Below, in pieces: positions 9,817-17,535 of a stretch of DNA of 64,000 bases (position 1 is the first letter of the stretch; each line of letters starts with the position of its first letter). The stretch is taken from positions 11,758 through 75,757 of the forward strand of contig DASSHB010000134.1 in the NCBI GenBank assembly GCA_035693125.1. The letters run 5' to 3'. The DNA comes from Candidatus Limnocylindrales bacterium. Its GTDB lineage: Bacteria > Chloroflexota > Limnocylindria > Limnocylindrales > CSP1-4. A model generated the notes under the pieces. That model was not told the origin of the DNA. It did not search any database and saw only the letters and a list, made by a program, of their open reading frames with translations. The position numbers and the translations under genes were made by a program.

Positions 9817-10683
9817 CTATCCCTCGATTCGGCCGCGCCGGCGCGATGCAACGAGCACGCCCAGACCCAGGAGGACCGCGGCCGCGAATGCGATGTTGAG
9901 CGGTCGGAACGGGTTCGCGTCGGCGATCGCCTCCCGGCCCGCGACGCCGTCGGCCGCCGTCGCGGGCGAGCCCGCCGCCTTGCCCTGGCCGGCCGCAAGC
10001 TGCTCGCCGCTCGCCGTCGTCGACGCCAGCGGGCCGGCCCTCGATCCTCCCTGTGCGCTGCCCGCGTCGTAGGTCGCCGACGCCGATGGGCCGGTCTCCG
10101 TCCCGAACGCGGAGTCGGGCTGCCCGCCGCTGGCTGCCGCCGCCGCGCTCGCCGCCGGCGCACTCGCGGCCGCGACCGGAGCGACGGGATTGCCCGCGGC
10201 CTCGGAGGACAGGCCCTCGTTCTCCCGCGTATCGTCGGCGCTTCGTGGGGCGCCGCCCGCGCTGCCTGAGGTGAGGGTCGGGGCGGCGGCGCTTCCGAGC
10301 GACAGCACGGGCGCATTGCCGATCAGCAGGCCGACCAGCCCCAGCGTCGCGAGACCCACGCCCAGCGGTCGAGACGTTGCCAGTCGCACGGCGCCGATGC
10401 CACCGAGGAGGCGCCGCCAACCGGATGGCCGGAGCCGGGCCGCATCTGCCGGGCTGAGCTGGAAGTCGCGGGTCCGCGAGCTGGGAGCCGGTGCCGCCGC
10501 GGTCGCCCGAGCGATGGCGATCAGGTCGTCGTGGAGCTCGGCGCAGATGGCGCACGAGCGGATCAGCTCGAGGGCGTGATCGCGGTCGGTGGCGTTCAGG
10601 TCATCGGCAGCGAGCGCGGCCACGAGCAGCCGGTCGTGTCCATCGTGATCGGGCGTCACGTGGAACTCGGAGACGTGGGGCAT
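9817..10683 (-). CDS. Putative membrane anti-sigma factor
   Basis: Lies 36 nt downstream of the ECF sigma gene. The N-terminus has a His/Cys cluster (HALELIRSCAICAELH). Hydrophobic segments in the middle and at the C-terminus flank an Ala/Ser/Gly-rich region. Confidence 0.5.
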   Translation of the reverse strand: MPHVSEFHVTPDHDGHDRLLVAALAADDLNATDRDHALELIRSCAICAELHDDLIAIARATAAAPAPSSRTRDFQLSPADAARLRPSGWRRLLGGIGAVRLATSRPLGVGLATLGLVGLLIGNAPVLSLGSAAAPTLTSGSAGGAPRSADDTRENEGLSSEAAGNPVAPVAAASAPAASAAAAASGGQPDSAFGTETGPSASATYDAGSAQGGSRAGPLASTTASGEQLAAGQGKAAGSPATAADGVAGREAIADANPFRPLNIAFAAAVLLGLGVLVASRRRGRIEG

Positions 10684-10719
10684 GGCGGTCAGACGGCCTC
10701 CGCGCGCCGATGGTTCCGT

Positions 10720-11436
10720 TCAACCACGGAACAGCTCCATCCGGTCGGCGAGCCGGTCACGGAGCGCTAGCCGGCCGCGGTGGATCCGGGATTTCACGGT
10801 CCCGAGCGACACCCCCGTCATGGCGGCGATCTCCTGGTAGTCGTACCCCTCGACATCGAAGAGGACGATCGCGGCGCGCTGGTCGTCGGTGATCGTGGCC
10901 AGGGCGTCGGTGATGGCGCGGTGGCGCTCGGTCGTGAGCGCGCTCCGGACCGGGTCGGCCTCCTCACCGGCCGGCGGCTGCCAGGTGTCGTCCTCGAGCT
11001 CGGGGTACGGCTGGCTCGGCCGCCGCTTGCGGGCCCGCTGGAGGTCCATCGCCGCGTTCACCGCGATCCGGTGCAGCCACGACCTCACGCTGCCGCCCCG
11101 GAACGAGCGAAGGTTGCGATAGGCGGAGAAGAAGGCCTCCTGCACGCAGTCGGACGCCTGATCGCGGTCGGGGACCATCCGGACGATCAGCCCGAACAGC
11201 TGATCCTGGTAGCAGACGACGAGGTCGTTGAAGGCGTCGAGCTCGCCCTCGCGGGCGCGTTCGAGCAGGATCAGGTCTCGGCGCTGGACGGGGTCTTCGA
11301 CGACCGTCGTCGAGCGAAGGTCCTCCACGATTCGGGGGCCCCTCCGGACGGCGAGTTCGAGGCGCGGCGAGTCTAGCATCGGGTCCGCCGCTGGACGCCG
11401 GAGCCCGTGGGACGGTTCCACGGCCGGCGTTGTCAC
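10720..11436 (-). CDS. ECF-subfamily RNA polymerase sigma-70 factor (start uncertain: 11436, 11379 or 11328)
   Basis: Region 2 (DAFNDLVVCYQDQLFGLIVRMV...EAFFSAYRNLRSFRG...WLHRIAVNAAMD) and region 4 (YQEIAAMTGVSLGTVKSRIHRGR). Confidence 0.8.
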   Translation of the reverse strand: MTTPAVEPSHGLRRPAADPMLDSPRLELAVRRGPRIVEDLRSTTVVEDPVQRRDLILLERAREGELDAFNDLVVCYQDQLFGLIVRMVPDRDQASDCVQEAFFSAYRNLRSFRGGSVRSWLHRIAVNAAMDLQRARKRRPSQPYPELEDDTWQPPAGEEADPVRSALTTERHRAITDALATITDDQRAAIVLFDVEGYDYQEIAAMTGVSLGTVKSRIHRGRLALRDRLADRMELFRG

Positions 11437-11467
11437 GCCGCGCCCCGGGTCGGGCGGCCGCGTCGGC

Positions 11468-11473
11468 TACGAT
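11468..11473 (+). promoter_or_regulatory. Candidate -10 hexamer TACGAT for tRNA-Leu
   Basis: TACGAT (TANNNT class) ends 10 nt before the mature tRNA 5' end. The flank CGTCGGCTACGATGC nearly repeats the flank at 24469-24482. No convincing -35 element. Confidence 0.25.
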
Positions 11474-11483
11474 GCCCGCCCGG

Positions 11484-11569
11484 GCCGAAGTGGCGGAATG
11501 GCAGACGCGGCGGTCTCAAACACCGCTGAGGGCAACCTCGTGTGGGTTCGAATCCCACCTTCGGTACCA
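11484..11569 (+). tRNA. tRNA-Leu (anticodon CAA), CCA encoded
   Basis: Acceptor stem gccgaag/cttcggt. D-arm GGCGGAATGGCAGACGC. Anticodon stem-loop gcggt-CTCAAAC-accgc. Long variable arm. T-arm gtggg-ttcgaat-cccac. Discriminator A plus CCA. Confidence 0.9.
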
Positions 11570-11717
11570 CGATCGGCAGCTTCGCGGCAGCGGACGCCCT
11601 ACGGAGAATGCCGGATCGCGAGGAGGGTCCCTGCGCGGGACCTTTGGCCCGTGTCGCCCTCAAGCCCGTTGTCGCCAGACTGATTCCTGGGCCGGGGGAA
11701 TGGCTGGAGGAACGTTC

Positions 11718-12350
11718 ATGGCCGCGGTTGCGGTGACGATTGCAGAGCCAGCGGCCGTGGACGGCGATGCGGGCTCGTACCTCGATGAGCTGATCGCCGA
11801 ATCAGCGCCAACCGTCGCGGACCTTCGTCCGCCCGAAGCGATGGTCGCCGTCGAGCTCGTCGGGCCACATCTGCGTCTCGCGGGCGAGATCGGCCTCGGC
11901 CGGTTTGGCCGGCTGACGGACCGCCTCAATCACCACGAGGGCGCGCTGCTCGTCAACGCCGCCACGGTGTTGCGGCGGAATGGAACCCCGACGCGGGTCA
12001 AGACACGATCGATCTGGATGAACCTCGGCGAGGTGACGATCGTCGGCGAGGCGACCAGCCAGGGGGCCTCGTCGCCGGATCTTCGGATCCCGAAGGAGGC
12101 GCGCCTGTTGGTCGTCGTGACGCCGGGCCACACCTTGACCGGCAACGTCTACATCCCGATCGGTGCCGAGCTCGGCCATTTCGTCGAATCGGTCGATCCG
12201 TCGTTCATTCCGATGACCGACGTCCGGACGCGATCGCTGGCCGATCGTCGCGTCGTCGGGCGCTACGACTTCGCGCTGGTGAACCGCCGCCACATCGTCG
12301 CCGCAACCGAGGCTCCCGAGGGCATGGTCACGGATCGCCGCGTCCTCTAG
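11718..12350 (+). CDS. Hypothetical protein (~210 aa)
   Basis: Track ORF 11430..12350 runs through the tRNA gene, so I trimmed it. The ATG at 11718 has GGAGGA 6 nt upstream (an alternative ATG lies at 11700). I recognise no family. Confidence 0.55.
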   Translation: MAAVAVTIAEPAAVDGDAGSYLDELIAESAPTVADLRPPEAMVAVELVGPHLRLAGEIGLGRFGRLTDRLNHHEGALLVNAATVLRRNGTPTRVKTRSIWMNLGEVTIVGEATSQGASSPDLRIPKEARLLVVVTPGHTLTGNVYIPIGAELGHFVESVDPSFIPMTDVRTRSLADRRVVGRYDFALVNRRHIVAATEAPEGMVTDRRVL

Positions 12351-12458
12351 CGGATCGGCCATCACGTCGGTCTCGACGGAGATCGGGACCCCTAGCGCCT
12401 CCACCGGACCGTCCTGGCGCGTCACGCTCGGCGGCCGGCAGGCTGAGCCGGCGACGCC

Positions 12459-13973
12459 TCAGTTGACCTCGTAGGCGGGCAGGCTGAACCCGAACTCGCT
12501 GCCGCCCTCGGGTCGGGGCTTCGCCCACATCCGTCCGCCCATCCCTTCGACGAGATGGCGGCTCACGAACAGGCCGATTCCGGACCCGGCCGTCTTGTTG
12601 GCAACGCCGGACGAGCGGAAGAACAGGTCGAAGAGCTGGCCCGCCTCGGCCTCGTCGATCCCCTCCCCTTCGTCGCGGACGGCGACCTGGGCCTCGACTC
12701 CCCCGTCGGGGATCCGGACCTCGATCGTCACGACGCCGGCCGGCGGTCCGTACTTGCCCGCGTTCGAGATCAGGTTGCGCAGGATCTGGTCGACGTACGA
12801 CACATCGCCGGCAACCGTGGGGACGTCGTCGGGAACCACCAGCCGGAGGTCCAGTCCGGGCCACTGGCGCGCCTCCTCCGCGACGATCCGCGGAAGAACG
12901 CGCTGGAGGAGGATCGGCTCCTGTCCGCTGAGCGGGACGCCCCGCTCGACCCGGGCGAGGACGAGCAGGTTCTCGACCATCCGGTTGAGTCGCTCGGATT
13001 CGTCCGCGAGGTCCTGGAGGATCCCCTGGCGCACGCTGCTCTCGAGCTCGGCATCGCTCCGCAGGAGGACCTTGCTCCCGCCGAAGATCGACGTGATCGG
13101 GGTCCGCAGCTCATGCGACAGGACCCCGATGAACGCGTCGCGGAGATCCTCCGCCTCGCGCCGCCGGGTGATGTCGTTGACCGTCGCGACGGCGGCGATG
13201 ATCGTGCCGTCCTCGGCCCGGATCGGCATGCTGCTGACCGAGATCGTGGCCTTCGACCCGTCGTCCCGCTCGACATCGAGCTCCTCGTCCCGGATCGTCT
13301 CGCCGTTCGCGGCCGAGCGGGTGAGCGGCCATTCCTCGGGCCGGTACGGCCGGCCGTCCTCGTGGAATCCTTGATACGTCCGGCGCTCGCCGCCGACCGC
13401 GGACGGAACGACGTGGCCGTGCATGATCCGGCCCATCTCGGCGTTGTCGATGACGATCCGGCCGGACGGCGCGTCGGCGACGATCACCCCGACTGGCATC
13501 TCGTTGACGACGGCCTCGAGCAGCTTGCGGTAGGCCTGCTCCGCGGCCGACGCCCGGGCCAGCTCGGTCGCGGCCTCGCCCTGCTGCTGGAGCGCCTTCG
13601 CCAGCGCGAGGTCCATCTCCTTGCGCTCGGTGACGTCGCTCACGACGACGACCGTCCCGTCGCGCTCGCCGCCGGGCCCCGACATCGGATCGAACGTCAT
13701 CCGCAGCCAGCGGTTGCCGGTCGTCGCCTCGAGCCCTTCACGCTCGGGGCTCGACAGGAACCTGGGATCGTCGAGGTCCTCGAGATCGATCACGGCGCGC
13801 AGCCGCCGTCCCTCCGCGTCGCGCTGGCGGATGCCGAGGATGTCCCCCGCGGCCCGGTTCAGGCGGACGATCCGCCCCGCGCCGTCGAGCAGCAGCACGC
13901 CGTCCGAGATCGAGTCGAACGTCGCCTGCCAATCGCCGGCCGTGGGGGTCGTCAGGGTCACGCGGTCTCTCAT
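12459..13973 (-). CDS. Cytoplasmic PAS-PAS sensor histidine kinase
   Basis: H-box FIGVLSHELRTPITSI. N, G1 and G2 boxes (LISNAGKY, VRDEGEGI, GSGIGL). Two PAS-like segments and no TM helix. Start re-set to MRDRVTLTT (ATG 13973); the upstream 397 aa of the track ORF are Arg/Pro-rich. Confidence 0.85.
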   Translation of the reverse strand: MRDRVTLTTPTAGDWQATFDSISDGVLLLDGAGRIVRLNRAAGDILGIRQRDAEGRRLRAVIDLEDLDDPRFLSSPEREGLEATTGNRWLRMTFDPMSGPGGERDGTVVVVSDVTERKEMDLALAKALQQQGEAATELARASAAEQAYRKLLEAVVNEMPVGVIVADAPSGRIVIDNAEMGRIMHGHVVPSAVGGERRTYQGFHEDGRPYRPEEWPLTRSAANGETIRDEELDVERDDGSKATISVSSMPIRAEDGTIIAAVATVNDITRRREAEDLRDAFIGVLSHELRTPITSIFGGSKVLLRSDAELESSVRQGILQDLADESERLNRMVENLLVLARVERGVPLSGQEPILLQRVLPRIVAEEARQWPGLDLRLVVPDDVPTVAGDVSYVDQILRNLISNAGKYGPPAGVVTIEVRIPDGGVEAQVAVRDEGEGIDEAEAGQLFDLFFRSSGVANKTAGSGIGLFVSRHLVEGMGGRMWAKPRPEGGSEFGFSLPAYEVN

Positions 13974-14133
13974 CGCCGGTCGCTCCGTGCGGTCCCCGGC
14001 CGGCCGATCCCTTCGGCCGTGCCGCTGCCCGCGAGCGTGCCGCCGAACCGATCCTAGGCGCGATCGGCGGGAAGGCGCATCACACGGGCGTTGCAGTCGC
14101 GGGCCGGCCGAAACGCCTGCGATACTCGACTCG

Positions 14134-14625
14134 ATGGACGACGCCGACGGGGCCGCCGGCCCGAGCCTCCAGGACCGCTTCGCCCCGGCCGGGCGATGCT
14201 TTGGCTGTGGCCCCGCCAACCACGTCGGGCTGCACGTCGCGAGCCGGCCCGCCGACGACGACCCGACGACGCTCGTCGCCCGGTTCGTGCCGCGTCCGGA
14301 GCACGAGGCGTTCAGCGGCGTCGTCAACGGCGGGATCCTGGGAACGCTGCTCGACTGCCATGCGAACTGGACCGCGGCCTGGGCGCTGATGCGCCAGCGC
14401 GCCGCCGAGCGGCCGCCGACGACGGTCACCCTCGAGTACGGCCTCCGGCTGGTGCGACCGACGCCCTCGGACCGGCCCATCGACCTCCGGGCGTGGCCCG
14501 TGGACGTCGGCGCCGATCGCGCGACGATCGAGGCGGAGATCCGCTCGGACGGCGTGGTCACCGCGACCGGCCACGGGACCTTCGTGGCGGTGCGGCCGGG
14601 CCATCCGGCGTACGATCGCTGGTAG
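14134..14625 (+). CDS. PaaI/hotdog-fold thioesterase family protein
   Basis: MDDADGAAGPSLQDRFAPAGRCFGCGPANHVGLHV...GVVNGGILGTLLDCHANW is typical of PaaI-type hotdog proteins. Start re-set within track ORF 13621..14625. Confidence 0.75.
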   Translation: MDDADGAAGPSLQDRFAPAGRCFGCGPANHVGLHVASRPADDDPTTLVARFVPRPEHEAFSGVVNGGILGTLLDCHANWTAAWALMRQRAAERPPTTVTLEYGLRLVRPTPSDRPIDLRAWPVDVGADRATIEAEIRSDGVVTATGHGTFVAVRPGHPAYDRW

Positions 14626-14636
14626 GAGGCGGTTCG

Positions 14637-15221
14637 ATGTTTCGTCGGTTCCTGGGGCTCGGCCGGCCGGCCGCGGATCCGCGACTGCCGGTGGGTGACG
14701 AGGCGGCGCCGGTCGAGGACTCGCCGGCCGAGACGGCCACCGCGCGCCGGATCGTCGCCCGGCTCGAGGCCCTCCCGCCGGCCGAAGCCCGCTATCTGGC
14801 CTGCTTCGCCTACGTGATGAGCCGGGCCGCGAACGCCGAGAACGACATCAGCCCCGAGGAGACCGCGGTGATGGAGCAATTCGCGGTCGAGTACGGCGGG
14901 CTCGGCACCGCGCAGGCCGTGCTCGTCATCGAGATGGCCAAGCTCCAGGCCCGTCGCAACGGCGGGACCGAGGACTTCGTGGTGACCCGCGAGTTCCGCT
15001 CGATCTCGACGGTCGAGCAGCGGCTCGCGCTCCTCCGCTGCTGCTTCGTCGTCGGCGCCGCGGACGGGACGATCAGCGCGACCGAGGCCGGGACGATCAA
15101 CGAGATCGCCCGGGAGCTGGACCTGGAGCCGGTCGCCGTCAACGCCGTCCGCGCCGAGTTCCACGAGCAGCTCTCCGCCGTGCAGGCGCTGCGCCGCGCC
15201 GGAGGGAGCGCGACGGCCTAG
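14637..15221 (+). CDS. TerB-family (tellurite-resistance-like) protein
   Basis: TerB-like repeat pattern (YVMSRAANAENDISPEETAVMEQF ... VVGAADGTISATEAGTINEIARELDL). AGGAGG lies 7 nt before the ATG. Confidence 0.75.
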   Translation: MFRRFLGLGRPAADPRLPVGDEAAPVEDSPAETATARRIVARLEALPPAEARYLACFAYVMSRAANAENDISPEETAVMEQFAVEYGGLGTAQAVLVIEMAKLQARRNGGTEDFVVTREFRSISTVEQRLALLRCCFVVGAADGTISATEAGTINEIARELDLEPVAVNAVRAEFHEQLSAVQALRRAGGSATA

Positions 15222-16537
15222 CCGGCCGATCCCGCGGCGATCTCCGTCAGGACGTCGTCGACCGTCTCAACGAGCCGTTCGGCATCCGCCGCCGAGAAGA
15301 CGAGCGGCGGCTTGATCTTGATCACGTCGTGGTCCGGGCCGTCCATGCTCAGCAGGACGCCGCGCTCCGCCGATCGATTCACGACCTCGCCGGCCAGCGC
15401 GGCATCCGCCTCGCGCGTCGCCCGGTCACGGACCAGCTCGAAACCCACGAAGAGGCCCATTCCCCGGACGTCGCCGATGGGCTCGTGCCGTCCCTGGAGC
15501 TCGCGGAGGCTCGCCAGGAGCTGCTCCCCGGTGACCCGGGCATGCTCCTGGAGCCGCTCCTCGACGATGACGTCGAGGACGGCGAGCCCGATCGCCGCCG
15601 ACACCGGGTTGCCACCGAACGTGTTGAAGTACTCCATGCCGTTCGCGAACGCCTCGGCGATCGGCCGGGTCGTGACCACCGCGCCGAGTGGGTGACCGTT
15701 GCCGATCGGCTTGCCCATCGTGACGATGTCCGGCCGGGCGCCCTGGGCAGCGAACGCCCACGTATCGACGCCGACCCGCCCGAACCCGACCTGGATCTCG
15801 TCGGCGGTCGGGACCGCTCCGACCGCTCGGCCGGCGTCGAACAGACCGGCGAGCCAGCCGGGCGGCGGGACGATCTGGCCGGCGACGCTCGGGATCGCCT
15901 CCGCGATCAGGGCGCCCGCGGGATGGCCGGCCGCGCGACGTGCCTCGAGGATCTCGACGGCCTCGCGCAGATAGGCCGCACCAACGTCCGGGTCGACGCC
16001 GCGATGACGGCCGCGATATGGATCCGGCAGCGGGACGACGTGGACGTCGTCCGGCCGGCCCGCCCCGCCCGGCCCATCGAACTTGTAGGGGCTGATCTCG
16101 ACGAGCCGCTGGGTGTTGCCGTGGTACGCGGCGGCGACGCACGCCACGTCCGGCCGGCCGGTCGCGGCTCGGGCGAGACGGAGGGCCAGCTCGTTCGCCT
16201 CGGAGCCGGAGTTCGTGAAGAACGCGACCTCGAGGGGTTCGGGCAGCAGCGCGGTCAGCCGCTCGGCGTAGGCGAGGACCGTCTCGTGGAGATAACGCGT
16301 GTTCGTGTTGAGGAGCCGCATCTGCGCGGCGCCGGCCTCGACGACCCGGGGGTGGGCGTGTCCGACGTGGGCGACGTTGTTCACGCAGTCCAGATAGCGG
16401 CGCCCATCCGCATCGAAGAGATACGCGCCCTCGCCGCGGACGAGGTGGAGCGGCGTCCGATAGCTGAGCGAGAGCGACGGACCCAGAAGGCTCCGGCGTC
16501 GGGCGAGGAGGCTCGCGCTCCGCTCGATCGCGTTCAC
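15218..16537 (-). CDS. Class-III PLP enzyme of the AGXT2L (phosphoethanolamine / 5-phosphohydroxylysine phospho-lyase) type
   Basis: Motifs YLDCVNNVAHVGHAHP, LNTNTRYLH, FTNSGSEANELALRLAR, EISPYKF and PDPYRGRHRG match the AGXT2L1/2 signature stretches as I remember them. The GTG at 16537 overlaps the kinase stop (GTGA). Confidence 0.85.
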   Translation of the reverse strand: MNAIERSASLLARRRSLLGPSLSLSYRTPLHLVRGEGAYLFDADGRRYLDCVNNVAHVGHAHPRVVEAGAAQMRLLNTNTRYLHETVLAYAERLTALLPEPLEVAFFTNSGSEANELALRLARAATGRPDVACVAAAYHGNTQRLVEISPYKFDGPGGAGRPDDVHVVPLPDPYRGRHRGVDPDVGAAYLREAVEILEARRAAGHPAGALIAEAIPSVAGQIVPPPGWLAGLFDAGRAVGAVPTADEIQVGFGRVGVDTWAFAAQGARPDIVTMGKPIGNGHPLGAVVTTRPIAEAFANGMEYFNTFGGNPVSAAIGLAVLDVIVEERLQEHARVTGEQLLASLRELQGRHEPIGDVRGMGLFVGFELVRDRATREADAALAGEVVNRSAERGVLLSMDGPDHDVIKIKPPLVFSAADAERLVETVDDVLTEIAAGSAG

Positions 16538-17535
16538 GCGGCGCGACCGCCGGCCAGGCGCTCGAGAAGGCCCCACGCCGGCGCCTCGGAGATCGTCAGG
16601 TACGGATCGTCCGGCGCGAGGGCCGACTGATGGGCGCTCAACGCGACGCTCGTGCACAGGCGGAGGGCCACCAGGTCGTCGACGGCCGCGACCTCATCGG
16701 CCCTGAGCGGGAGCTCGCGCTCGAAGCCCGCCCGGACGGCGGCGATCGCGGCGAACGGGTCCGGTGCGTCGAGGGCGGCGTAGGCGGCGGCGACCGCCAG
16801 CTCGTTGACGGTCACCGACCGGATCGCGTCGCCCAGGTCGAGGAGCCCGCTGATCCGCCGGCGATCCGCGGCGACGAGGACGTTGTGATCGTTCGCGTCG
16901 TTGTGGATGACGCTCTCGCGCAGCGTCGGGAGGACGCGCCGGAGGGGCTCGAGCCGCACCCGCCAGCGCCGAAGCAAGGCCGCCCGTTCCGGATCGCGGA
17001 CCGCGGCCGCGTGGGCATCGATCACGTCCAGCCCTCGGCGCGCATCCCAGTGGAAGGCGCGCGACGCCGCCGGGTGGTCGAACCGGCTGAGCGCTCGTGC
17101 CGTCCGGCCCATCGTCGCGCCGAGGTCCTCGAGGAGCGCCCGCTCACGACTCGCCGGCGGCACGTCGGCGAGCGGGACGCCGGGCAGCCAGGTCAGGAGG
17201 CGGACGGGGCTCGGTCCGGCCGACGCCGGCGGCGACCAGGTCGCGACGGTTCGCCCGTCGAGCGCCGCCATCGCGCGCTGGCACGGGACGCCCGCCGCGG
17301 CCAGGATCCCGAGCGCCGAATGCTGGAGGTCGAGGAATGCCGGATCCTCGGCCCGGTTCGCGATCTTGAGGACGTACGCATCCGCCCCGTCGATCCGAAC
17401 CGCGAAATTGCGATCGCGTTCGCCGGGCAGTGGCCGCAGCTCGCCCTCGACGCCCCAGATCGAGCTCAGGATCGCGGCGGCGGTGGCCTCGTCCACCTCC
17501 GGCCGGGTCAGGACGGCGCCGACGCGCTCGATCAT
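16534..17535 (-). CDS. APH-fold small-molecule kinase (hydroxylysine-kinase / homoserine-kinase-II-like)
   Basis: Catalytic loop VIHNDANDHNVLV and metal-binding motif LLDLGDA. ~333 aa. The ATG overlaps the dnaE stop (ATGA). Confidence 0.75.
   Translation of the reverse strand: MIERVGAVLTRPEVDEATAAAILSSIWGVEGELRPLPGERDRNFAVRIDGADAYVLKIANRAEDPAFLDLQHSALGILAAAGVPCQRAMAALDGRTVATWSPPASAGPSPVRLLTWLPGVPLADVPPASRERALLEDLGATMGRTARALSRFDHPAASRAFHWDARRGLDVIDAHAAAVRDPERAALLRRWRVRLEPLRRVLPTLRESVIHNDANDHNVLVAADRRRISGLLDLGDAIRSVTVNELAVAAAYAALDAPDPFAAIAAVRAGFERELPLRADEVAAVDDLVALRLCTSVALSAHQSALAPDDPYLTISEAPAWGLLERLAGGRAA

Noticed and set aside
11484-15221. tRNA-Leu-adjacent genomic island (hypothetical gene, orphan HK, thioesterase, TerB).
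   Set aside because: There is no integrase or recombinase. I could not spot a direct repeat of the tRNA 3' end downstream by eye. The GC richness looks the same as in the flanks. This cannot be excluded without a computed repeat search.
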